Below, in pieces: positions 48,301-60,300 of a stretch of DNA of 64,000 bases. The stretch covers positions 124,001-188,000 of the forward strand of contig JAQGDQ010000310.1 of NCBI GenBank assembly GCA_030141605.1. The letters run 5' to 3'. Position 1 is the stretch's first letter. The number at the start of each line of letters is the position of its first letter. Position numbers and translations under genes: made by a program. The DNA is from Tubiluchus corallicola. Its lineage: Eukaryota; Animalia; Priapulida. The notes beneath the pieces were generated by a model. That model was not told where the DNA came from. It ran no database searches and was given only the letters and a program-made list of their open reading frames with translations.

Positions 48301-51300
48301 AAAGTCACCCAATAATGAACATGAATTTTCTACACTCAAAACCTTTGCTTCTGTGCAAAGTCACCCAATAACGAACATGAATGTTCTACACTCAAAACCT
48401 TTGCTTCTGTGCAAAGTCACTCAATAACGAACATGAATGTTCTACACTCAAAACCTTTGCTTCTGTGCAAAGTCACCCAATAACGAACATGAATGTTCTA
48501 CACTCAAAACCTTTGCTTCTGTGCAATGTCACCCAATAACGAACATGAATGTTCTACACTCAAAACCTTTGCTTCTGTGCAATGTCACCCAATAACGAAC
48601 ATGAATGTTCTACACTCAAAACCTTTGTTTCTGTGCAAAGTCACCCAATAATGAACATGAATGTTCTACACTCAAAACCTTTGTTTCTGTGCAAAGTCAC
48701 ACAACAACGAACATGAATGTTCTACACTCAAAACCTTTGCTTCTGTGCAAAGTCACCCAACAACGAACATGAATGTTCTACACTCAAAACCTTTGCTTCT
48801 GTGCAAAGTCACCCAATAACGAACACGAATGTTCTACACTCAAAACCTTTGCTTCTGTGTGGAAACACCAAAAATGAATGTGATATGTTCCAGATTCAAG
48901 CATTTGAACCTATACGACGACACCCAATGATGAATGCCGTATGGTCTATACTCAAATTGTTTGCTTAAGTTCAAACATACCACCAATGCATGTGATGTTT
49001 TACAATAAAAAATAACCTTCGTTCCTGTGCAAAGGCACAAAATAACCAACATTGTACACTCAAAGTAATAGTTCTCACCAAAGACACCCAGTATGAAATG
49101 TGGCATATTCTATACTAAAAATCTTCGCTTTTGCACAAAGGCACAAAATAACCAGCGTGATATGTTCTACACTCAAAAGAATGGTTCTTAGTAAATGCAA
49201 TGAATAAGGAAAGTGGTTATGTTCTATACACAATGTAATACATGTTCTACAATCAACACTCAAAACTTTGGTTCTCAGCGAAGGCACATAGTAAGAAATG
49301 TGGGAAAGCAGCATGTTCTATACTTCAAATATTCGCTTCAGTGCAAAGGCCAATGAATATGGCATGTTCTACACTCAAAACTTTTGCCTTTAAACAAAGG
49401 CACCCAATAATGAACGTGGTATGTTCTACTACTTCGCTAGAAAGCTAAAAACAAATGCAGTTATGTTCAATACTCAAAACTTTTGTCTCTGTACAATAAC
49501 ACATAATAAGAAATGTGTTATGTTCTACACTCAAAACCTTTGTCTCTGTACAATAACACATAATAAGAAATGTGTTATGTTCTACACTCAAAACTTTTGT
49601 CTCTGTACAATAACACATAATAAGAAATGTGTTATGTTCTACACTGAAAACTTCTGTCTCTGTACAACAGTTGTTTTTGTGGTGAAAACCTGCAGCATAC
49701 AATCATTTAGTGCATGTTAAAGCCTGAATATACATATATGTGCTAAAATCTGATACCATACATCATCATTTACAGCATTTGTAAGGAATTTGCTTGCGGT
49801 GACAAATCGAAAAGCAAGAATATGGAAACAAAATTGTCAGGCTCTAGCAACTCAAGAAAAGAATAATTGTTTTCTTTTACACTAATGGGAGAGAGCAATA
49901 ACAAAGTATTACCCTGTAAATGATTCTTGACACTGTTAATGGAACTAACATTTTTTACATAGTGCGGTCAACCCATGGCATAAATAAAGCTTGCATTACG
50001 ATCTATTCTAGTAAATATAGTAGAAACTCCAGTACATAAAAAAAGGAATATGTCACGGTACACTATACGCCCACACCTTTATTTCTGTGCAATTAGAAAA
50101 TGTACAATAAGGAATCATGCAATAAAATTATAATAATAAGGAATGAGTATGAATGAATCAATAATAATAATAATAATAATGAATAAGGAATGTGATATGT
50201 TACAGTATGGAAGATGAAACTTATGTTTCAATCATTAACAATGCTAGAATTTCAGGCACAGAACGTGGAAATGTTCTAAATAAGGACATAGTTAGCTTTG
50301 CTACAAAACTTTTTGTGCAAGTTTTGGAAGTACAAACTTGGGAACCTGTGACACATTAAGTATATATATTTCACACAAATAGCATATCATGCATATTCGC
50401 TTACTTAATTGTATGTTTTAGACAAAAGAACATGGCATGATGTACTCTTCAGACATAAAAGACATGGTATGACGTACTCTTTTAATAAAGTACCTGGCAT
50501 GATGTACTTTTTAGACATAAAAAACATGGTATGATGTATTCTTTAGACATAAAAAAACATGGTATGATGTACTCTTTAGACATAAAAGAACATGGTATGA
50601 TTTGCTCTTTAGACAAAAGAACATGGTATGATTTGCTCTTTAGACATAAAAAACATGGTATGATGTGCTCTTTAGACATAAAAAAACATGGTATGATGTA
50701 CTCTTTAGACATAAAAAAACATGGTATGATTTGCTCTTTAGACATAAAAAACATGGTATGATGTACTCTTTAGTACATAAAAAACATGGTATGATGTGCT
50801 CTTTAGACAAAGAACCTGGCATGATGTACTCTTTAGACATAAAAAGCATGGTATGATGTGCTCTTTAGACATAAAAAACATGGTATGATGTACTCTTTAG
50901 ACATAAAAAAACTTGGTATGATGTGCTCTTTAGACATAAAGAACATGGTATGATGTGCTCTTTAGACATAAAGAACATGGTATGATGTACTCTTTAGACA
51001 TAAAAAACACGGTATGATGTGCTCTTTAGACATAAAAAAACATGGTATGATGTAGTCTTTAGACATAAAAAACATGGTATGACGTACTCTTTAGACATAA
51101 AGAACCTGGCATGACGTACTCTTTAGACATAAAGAACCTGGCATGATGTACTCTTTAGATATAAAAAACATGGTATGATGTACTCTTTAGGCATAAAGAA
51201 CATGATATGATGTACTCTTTAGACATAAAAAAACATGGTATGATGCGCTCTTTAGACATAAAGAACATGGTATGACATGTTCTTTCGACATTAAGAACAT

Positions 51301-54300
51301 GGTACGATGTACTCTTTAGACATAAAGAAACACAGCAACAGATCTCAGTAATACAAGAGATGCTGCTACGAATTTAATAATTAGGCAACCCATTGGTTAT
51401 GATTAAAGTGATGTAATAACACAACCGATTATTTGCCCTAGCTAAAAAAATGTTACTCACAGAAATCCACTGCAACTTGCTGCATTCAATAATTTATGCG
51501 ATACAACGATCGCTAACAGACTTAGATTTTTGTTACTAATGTGAGTAAACAATGCTAGTGAAATGCAAGGTACTCAATGCACATAACATTAAGAACTATG
51601 ACACTAGTAAAGGGTAGGGGTCAGCATCGCATCCAAACAAGTTTTTTTTGTTCGAGTTCGATTCGAACCTAAACCTATAGATTCGAATAATTCAGCACTA
51701 CATACACTCTTTATCATTAAAACAACTGAAACATCATGCAATTAGCATAATTTAGCTGTAATTTCTGTGCACAATTTTTAAACAAATTATTAGTAGTTTT
51801 ACTGCAGAACAAAGTCTTCAATATGCTTGATCTTTGTAAGACTATTTTTTGTTCGTTGTTCGAAAACGTGTTCGCAAATGTTTCAATCTCAATTCGAATT
51901 CGAAATACTGAAGTTCGATCCGATTCGAATTCGAAAGTCACAAATTCGATTCCATTCAAATTCGCTTTCTGGTAGAGGATGCTCACCCGTAGTAAAGTGC
52001 TCAGTAATTTTACTGCATAAGTATATTAAATTTTCACTGCATAATGTATCAGGTATGTACATAATTTATCTAGGTGTACTTAGCACGATGAAAACCTGTG
52101 ACGTTTCCAATGTTTTAACACAATTATAAAATGAGACAACAAAATACAGGGAATTTGCAATTATAAAATGAGAATGCAAGGAACGCAATTATAAAATGAG
52201 ACAACGAATACTAGAAACCTGTGATGTTTCAGAATAATTAGCAGTATAATTATTAGTGAAATGTGCCATGTTTATATTAAAGACCTCGAGATGTTTTAGC
52301 TAGAAAACATGACTTTAGTGGATTATTTACTTTCCAGACCTCGAGCTGTCACAACACAATTTAAGTGAAGATGCTAATGAAATACAAGTGATTTACTGCA
52401 CCCTAAATGAGTGATGTGTTCACATGAAAGACCTCACGATGTTTCGGCTTAATCAGAAAATAAGACATTAGTACCCACTATACTAAAAATCTACAATGTA
52501 TTTACTGCAACTTAAAAACTGGTAATGTTTCAAACAAATTAGGAACCAAAGCATTAGCACAGGGTGCGCTATTTACTTTAAAGACCTCATGATGTTTCGG
52601 CTTAATCAGAAAATAAGACATTAGTACCCAGTACACTAAAAATCTGCAATGTATTTACAGCAACTTAAAAACTGGTAATGTTTCAAACAAATTAGGAACC
52701 ACGGCGCACAGTGTGCTATGTTTATTTTAAAGAGCTTGGGATGTTTTGCGGAATTAGAAGACTAGTGAAACACAAGGTATTTAGCACACCACAAACCTGT
52801 GATGTTTTGGACTAATTAGGAATAATTAGAACACAATCATTAGCAAAGTGTGTGGTGTTTATTTGTATGAAAGACATTGGGATGTTTCAGCACAATCAGG
52901 AAACAAGACATTAGTATGTTACAGGTCTACAATGTATTTACTGCAATTTAAACTGGTGATGTTTCAAACTAGTTAGGAACCAAGGCATTAGCACAGGGTG
53001 CGCTATTTACTTTAAAGACCTCATGATGTTTCGGCTAAATCGGTAAATAAGACAATAGTACCCAGCATACTAAAAATCTACAATGTATTTACTGCAAGTT
53101 AAAAACTGGTAATGTTTCAAACAAATTACGAACCAAGGCATTAGCACAGGGTGCGCTATTTACTTTAAAGACCTCATGATGTTTCGGCTAAATCGGTAAA
53201 TAAGACAATAGTACCCAGTATACTAAAAATCTACAATGTATTTACTGCAACTTAAAAACTGGTAATGTTTCAAACAAATCAGGAACCAAGGCATTAGCAC
53301 AGGGTGCGCTATTTACTTTAAAGACCTCATGATGTTTCGGCTAAATCGGTAAATAAGACAATAGTACCCAGCATACTAAAAATCTACAATGTATTTACTG
53401 CAAGTTAAAAACTGGTAATGTTTCAAACAAATTACGAACCAAGGCATTAGCACAGGGTGCGCTATTTACTTTAAAGACCTCATGATGTTTCGGCTAAATC
53501 GGTAAATAAGACAATAGTACCCAGTATACTAAAAATCTACAATGTATTTACTGCAACTTAAAAACTGGTAATGTTTCAAACAAATCAGGAACCAAGGCAT
53601 TAGCACAGGGTGCGCTATTTACTTTAAAGACCTCATGATGTTTCGGCTAAATCGGTAAATAAGACAATAGTACCCAGTATACTAAAACTCTACAATGTAT
53701 TTACTGCAACTTAAAAACTGGTAATGTTTCAAACAAATCAGGAACCAAGGCATTAGCACAGGGTGCGCTATTTACTTTAAAGACCTCATGATGTTTCGGC
53801 CAAATCGGTAAATAAGACAATAGTACCCAGTATACTAAAAATCTACAATGTATTTACTGCAACTTAAAAACTGGTAATGTTTCAAACAAATCAGGAACCA
53901 AGGCATTAGCACAGGGTGCGCTATTTACTTTAAAGACCTCATGATGTTTCGGCTAAATCGGTAGATAAGACAATAGTATCCAGCATACTAAAAATCTACA
54001 ATGTATTTACTGCAACTTAAAAACTGGTAATGTTTCAAACAAATCAGGAACCAAGGCATTAGCACAGGATGCGCTATTTACTTTAAAGACCTCATGATGT
54101 TTCGGCTAAATCGGTAAATAAGACAATAGTACCCAGTATACTAAAAATCTACAATGTATTTACTGCAACTTAAAAACTGGTAATGTTTCAAACAAATTAC
54201 GAACCAAGGCATTAGCACAGGGTGCACTGTTTACTTTAAAGACCTTGGGATGTTTTAGCGCCATCGGAAAACAAGATATTAGTGGAATATGAGGGATTTA

Positions 54301-57300
54301 CCGCACCCTAATCTAGTAATGTATAATGTTTCATTTGCACATGCTGAAAAGCTTACCCCGCTAGAATTAGAACACAAGTTTCTACACATTCATTGCAACA
54401 AGTGTAGATAAAACCTGTTCAACATTCATTGTAACAAATGTGCTTAAAAGTTGTTCAAAAAGCAAGTGAAATATGCAAGTTTGTTATTTGTGACACTGTT
54501 AGTCATATAATAAACCCTTGTACCGTGCTTTGCAGCAACCGGTATTTGAAGTTAGAATGTAAATAAGGTTACAACACTCAAGTACAATAGTTTAAATTAA
54601 TGTTACTTATATAAAAATAAAAATAATTATAATACAACAAGGTTTAGACCTAAGAGATGCTGAAGGTCACGGACTTAAACCAAAAGCCCTTTAATAGGGC
54701 AATTACTAGCACACTCTAGTGAAGATACAAGAAATTAAATTAGTTTATGTATGTTCATGGTTTCAACCAAGTGCGTATAACACTTTCTATTAATTACGAC
54801 TTGAGATATAAAGGCTTCATCCGCAACCTCAGACATGCCCATGGTACAACAACCATCACAGTTAACCCAAATAATACACCACTTACCACCAAATTTGCTG
54901 TAACCGCCGCCTCGATCCTGACCCCTAGTGAGAGAAAATCACATCATCGTTACCACGCCCCGTCGGAGGTTAAACATTGTCACGCGGCTGCAGGGTGAAA
55001 ACGTAACCAACAACGGGGCAGGTAACACGTTTGGCTGCTGACCCCGATTTGTCAAGTCTCTGTTTCTTCGTTAGCTGTTTCGGCATGCTCTGATGCATCT
55101 ACGTCTCATTTTGGGATGCGCTGAGGCATCTGCACTTAGGACCACTCGAATGCAATTTCACTTTAGGGGGCATTCATTTTTGCACCCACGGTTATGTATA
55201 AGAGGCCAATGCTAGTGGTCTCTCTAAAAACAACCTTAATACGACTAGATGTGTTTGTTGGCAGTTTTTCTTTGAAAACTTGTAAACATGAGACCACTAG
55301 TTTATTAAAATGGGAAAGAGGTTTTTAGGCAGTGTATTGCAATCATGGTTAAGTGCTTCAGAAATTTTTGTTGCCTTAAAATATTAAGTCTACCAACATA
55401 AACCTAGGGGCATGTTCATAACAGGGCATTTATTAGTCTAGTCATATAATGCTGGACTTAATAAAGTAGTCCACTATTACCAAAGTAATTTCCACTATTC
55501 ATCTGTGGCACTTGCATCACAGTTTGCTAAGGCCAGTCTTAGATTCACCAGCACATGCTAATATAATACCCAGGCGTAAAACACATTTTGCATTTTGCAA
55601 CTTGCACCTAAAGTGAGATATTTAGAAAGTGTAGTTTTGTTCTGTTTTTTTTAGGGTACACGTTGCCCACAAGTCATTACAAGAATACATAAAGATTCTG
55701 CTGTATGGCATAACCCTTTGACTGAAACCTTGTATGTCACTTATAAGACTGACTATTTGTTCACTCCGAAATAGGTGACCACAAAAAGGATGTTATGGCT
55801 ATTAAAACTAGTCTGACTAAAACCTTGTATGTCACTTATAAGACTATTTGTTCACTCGGAAATAGGTAATCACAAAGAGGATGTTATGGCTATTAAAATT
55901 AGCCTGTACTGTACTCTCTAAGAGATACGTCTGCACCAATTTTACGCTTATAAACTCTGTACAACCCCATTGACACAGCTTTAATTCTGATGTTATTGCC
56001 GCTTGAGAAAATATTCTTGTTTAGGCATTTTTAGACAACTAACTGACACTAAAACCATTTACGGGAACATTTTCATGGCCAAAAGGTGGGTTGCTTATTT
56101 GCACTTTGCAGCGCGCCCACCAACACATTGTACAGGAGTTATTTCCCGTACGAACTCTTCAATAACCTGAAGCAGAACTAACAAAAGCAATTTGTTGAAT
56201 TTTATGCAGTGACAAACAATCAAACACTAGAAGAAATGTCACAGACACACAAAAATATAAGCAAAGTTTGCAAATGCTAAACGAATAACCTAAGTACTGG
56301 ACATTGTACCAGGGCTGCCAATTGCAAAACTATCATAATTATTCTTATCATGGAATAAAGGAATGTCCATATTAGTGTTTGTAGTACATAAGCAGTACAC
56401 TCTGAATGAAATTTGATCTCATTGCCCGTCTCTTTTAGCATTTTAAAAATACTCGAGATCTGTCCAGAATGAGGTACAAACTTCCCATTTTTCGTTCTGC
56501 AAACAGAACTGTTACGAAAATAAATATTTGGCCAACCGACCGAACTCAACTAAGTTGTTTATGGCTGTCATACTATAGAGATCTGTCCAGAGTGAGGTCA
56601 GAACTGTTATGTAAATAAGTATTTGACCAACTGACCAAACTCAACTAAGTTGTTTATGGCTGTCATACTATAGAAACCTGTCCAAAGCGAGGTCAGAACT
56701 GTTACGTAAATAAGTATTTGGCCAACTGACCGAACTCAACTAAGTTGTTTGTGGCTGTCATACTATAGAGATCTGTCCAGAGCGAGGTCAGAACTGTTAC
56801 GTAAATAAGTATTTGACTAACTGACCGAACTCAACTAAGTTGTTTATGGCTGTCATACTATAGAAACCTGTCCAGAGCGAGGTCAGAACTGTTACGCAAA
56901 TAAGTATTTAGCCAACTGACCGAACTCAACTAAGTTGTTTATGGCTGTCATACTATAGAAATCTGTCCAGAGCGAGGTCAGAACTGTTACGTAAATAAGT
57001 ATTTGGCCAACTGACCGAACTCAACTAAGTTGTTTATGGCTGTCATACTATAGAGATCTGCAAAAACTAAATGGAATGGTAATCACTTCTGTAAACACGA
57101 AACGGAAAGGTACGTACTTCTGTAAACACAAAACGGAAAGGTATGTACTTCTGTAAACACAAAACGGAAAGGTATGTACTTCTGTAAACACAAAACGGAA
57201 AGGTACGTACTTCTGTAAACACAAAACGGAAAGGTACGTACTTCTGCAAACACGAAACGGAAAAGTAATCGCTTCTGCAAACACGAAACGGAAAAGTAAT

Positions 57301-60300
57301 CGCTTCTGCAAACACGAAACGGAAAGGTAATCACTTCTGCAAACACGAAACGGAAAGGTAATCACTTCTGCAAACACGAAACAGAAAGGTAATCACTTCT
57401 GCAAGCACGAAACAGAAAGGTAATCACTTCTGCAAACACGAAACGGAAAGGTAATCACTTCTGCAAACACGAAATGTAAAGTAATCACTTCTGCAAGCAC
57501 GAAACAGAAAGGTACATATTTCTGCAAACACTAAACAGAAAGGTAATCGCTTCTGCAAACACGAAACGGAAAGGTAATCACTTCTGCAAGCACGAAACAG
57601 AAAGGTACGTACTTCTGCAAACACTAAACAGAAAGGTACGTATTTCTGCAAACACTAAACAGAAAGGTAATCACTTCTGCAATCACGAAACGGAAAGGTA
57701 ATCAATTCTGCAAACACGAAACAGAAAGGTAATCACTTCTGCAATCACGAAACAGAAAGGTAATCACTTCTGCAAACACGAAACGGAAAGGTAATCACTT
57801 CTGCAAACACGAAATGGAAAGGTAATCACTTCTGCAAGCACGAAACAGAAAGGTAATCACTTCTGCAAACATGAAACAAAGGTACGTACTGCAAACACTA
57901 AACAGAAGTAATCACTTTACACGAAACAGAAAGGTACGTACTTCTGCAAACACTAAACAGAAAGGTACTAAAACACTCAGAAAGGTAATCACTTGCAAAC
58001 ACGAACAGAAAACGTACTTCTGAAACACTAAACAGAGGTACGTACTTAAACAATAAACAGAAAGGTAATCGCTTCTGCAAACACAAAAAGAAAGGTACGT
58101 ACTTCTAACATAAAGGTTCAAACACTAAACAGAAAGGTAATCACTTGCAAAAACGAAAGGTATACTAACGAAACAGCAAACACTGAAAGAGTACGTTGCA
58201 TCAGGTGCTTCTGCATACACTAAACAGAAAGGTAATTGCTCCTGCAAACACTAAAAGGTACGTACTTCTGCAAACACTAAACGGAAAGGTAATCACTTCT
58301 GCAAACACGGAAAGGTACCTACTTCTGCCAACACTAAACAGAAAGGTACGTACTTCTGCAAACACTGAACAGAAAGGTAATCGCTTCTGCAAACACTGAA
58401 CAGAAAGGTGCGTATTTCTGCATACACTAAACAGAAAGGTAATTGCTCCTGCAAACACTAAAAGGTACGTACTTCTGCAAACACTAAACGGAAAGGTAAT
58501 CACTTCTGCAAACACGGAAAGGTACCTACTTCTGCCAACACTAAACGGAAAGGTACGTACTTCTGCAAACACCAAATGGTTATTCTAGAATAAGATTTTT
58601 CAATCAACTGTAAGATCACTCAGTTTCACTAGTTTCTCTTAATGTTAATGTTGTTTTGGTTTTACACACACTAGTTAAGTTAGTAACACCTGGACTAAGA
58701 AACACCTTCTATTCATAATACAGGTACAAAATAGAAGTTCGACATTCCCAGAGTTTCCAAATTAATCAACAACAGTTAGTGAACTAGAGTGGCAACAATA
58801 AAAAAATGCGTTTTAGAAACTATTAATTTCCTAGGTGTAATAACTAGCACCCCTTTACTGCAATTTTGTGTACAACAAAATTTTGCATTGGCAGCCCTTG
58901 GACCAAGGTCACTCTGTTTTCACGTATTGCTAGGAACTCATATTGGTATCAATAACACGGCAATTCTTTTCAACTTTTCAACTTAACAGACTGCTAAAAC
59001 TGTAAATAGTCAACTAGACAAACAGCGAATACAAGATCCAAATAGAATAAATTTTCTTACCCTCCTCCGTATCCTCCGCCACCTCTGCCGCCTCCACGGC
59101 CACCACCATAACCACCGCTGTCATATCCGCCTCCTCCCCTACCTCTTCCGCCGCGACCGCCGCCACCACCCCCTGAAACATGATCACAGTAAGTAAACGA
59201 CGGCACATAGCCCTCTGCCGTGCAATCCTTAAGTGTGCAACGATGCTCAACGACAATTCACTGTAACATCACCGCAAATATTCTACTCTGATAAACGGGT
59301 CAGCTTCCTTGACAGTTTTGCATAAATCTGTCACCAGGTGGCACTTGTATTCATTATAAATAAAGTCATTTTTAATGACTGATTGGATAAGAACTGCTAC
59401 ACAAATGCTTATTATTGCTAGCCATTAATATACAGTATACAATACAATATACAGTAATTTCAGACAGTGCTAGCTATAAAACATGTCAGCCTGTTGACTT
59501 AAAACCATTATGCTAAGATAGTTTCACGAATTCAAGATGAAATTTGCGTCATTCTATCCCACACCAGATTTTTATGATGCTTGCCATTGTCACAAGGCAC
59601 AGAATACTGCAAAATACTTCTTACACCATTTTTGTATATCTTACCAGGATTAATTTGGCTATAGCAAGCTGGCAAGCTCATATTTCATACCTGGATCAAA
59701 AATCATTATGGCCGAGAACCATACTGCAATTTTTTTGTAAAATTTTCAATGAAAAACGGCACATACACATTACTGTTGCACTTCTTACACATTTCTTACT
59801 TACTACTCTCAATGAATTATTACTCCAAATGAAAGCAGTGATATATTACCTAATCCTTCTATAAGTGGGGGAGGGCCTGAGGGTGTGGGGCCCCTTCCGC
59901 CAGACAGGGGAATGTCAAGCAGAGGTCTAATCACAGCTACTGGGGCCCCACGTGGGGAATACACAGAAGGGCGTTGGTCAGGCGGTCCCGGAAACAGTGG
60001 CCTCGGCTGGAAAAAATCTGGTCCGGGGCCACTAAAACCCCGTGGTGGTGAGCCATCAATCCTGTTACCGGGAAAAAGTGGTCGAGGACCCGGGGGTGGG
60101 AATGTCTGTGCATCAGGTGGAGGTCCCCTGGATGGGAATGGTTGTGCGTCAAGCGGGGCTCCTTCGGACGGGAACGGCTGTGCACCAGGTGGAGGACCAG
60201 AAGGTGGGAATGTCTGTGCATCAGGTGGTGCACCCCATGAACGAGGTGCCTCAACCGGTTTCGGGGTCTGCCAGGAAGAAGTTACCACTGGTGCCACTTG

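Noticed and set aside
54820-54862. C/D-box snoRNA downstream of the mini-exon (GTGATGG...CTGA on the minus strand)
   Set aside because: The C box is imperfect, the box spacing is too short, and there is no terminal stem.
48107-58575. Multiple repetitive ORFs (48107, 49421, 50482, 57048, 58201 and others)
   Set aside because: They are stop-free frames of tandem repeats with frequent frameshifts between units and no compatible splice sites.
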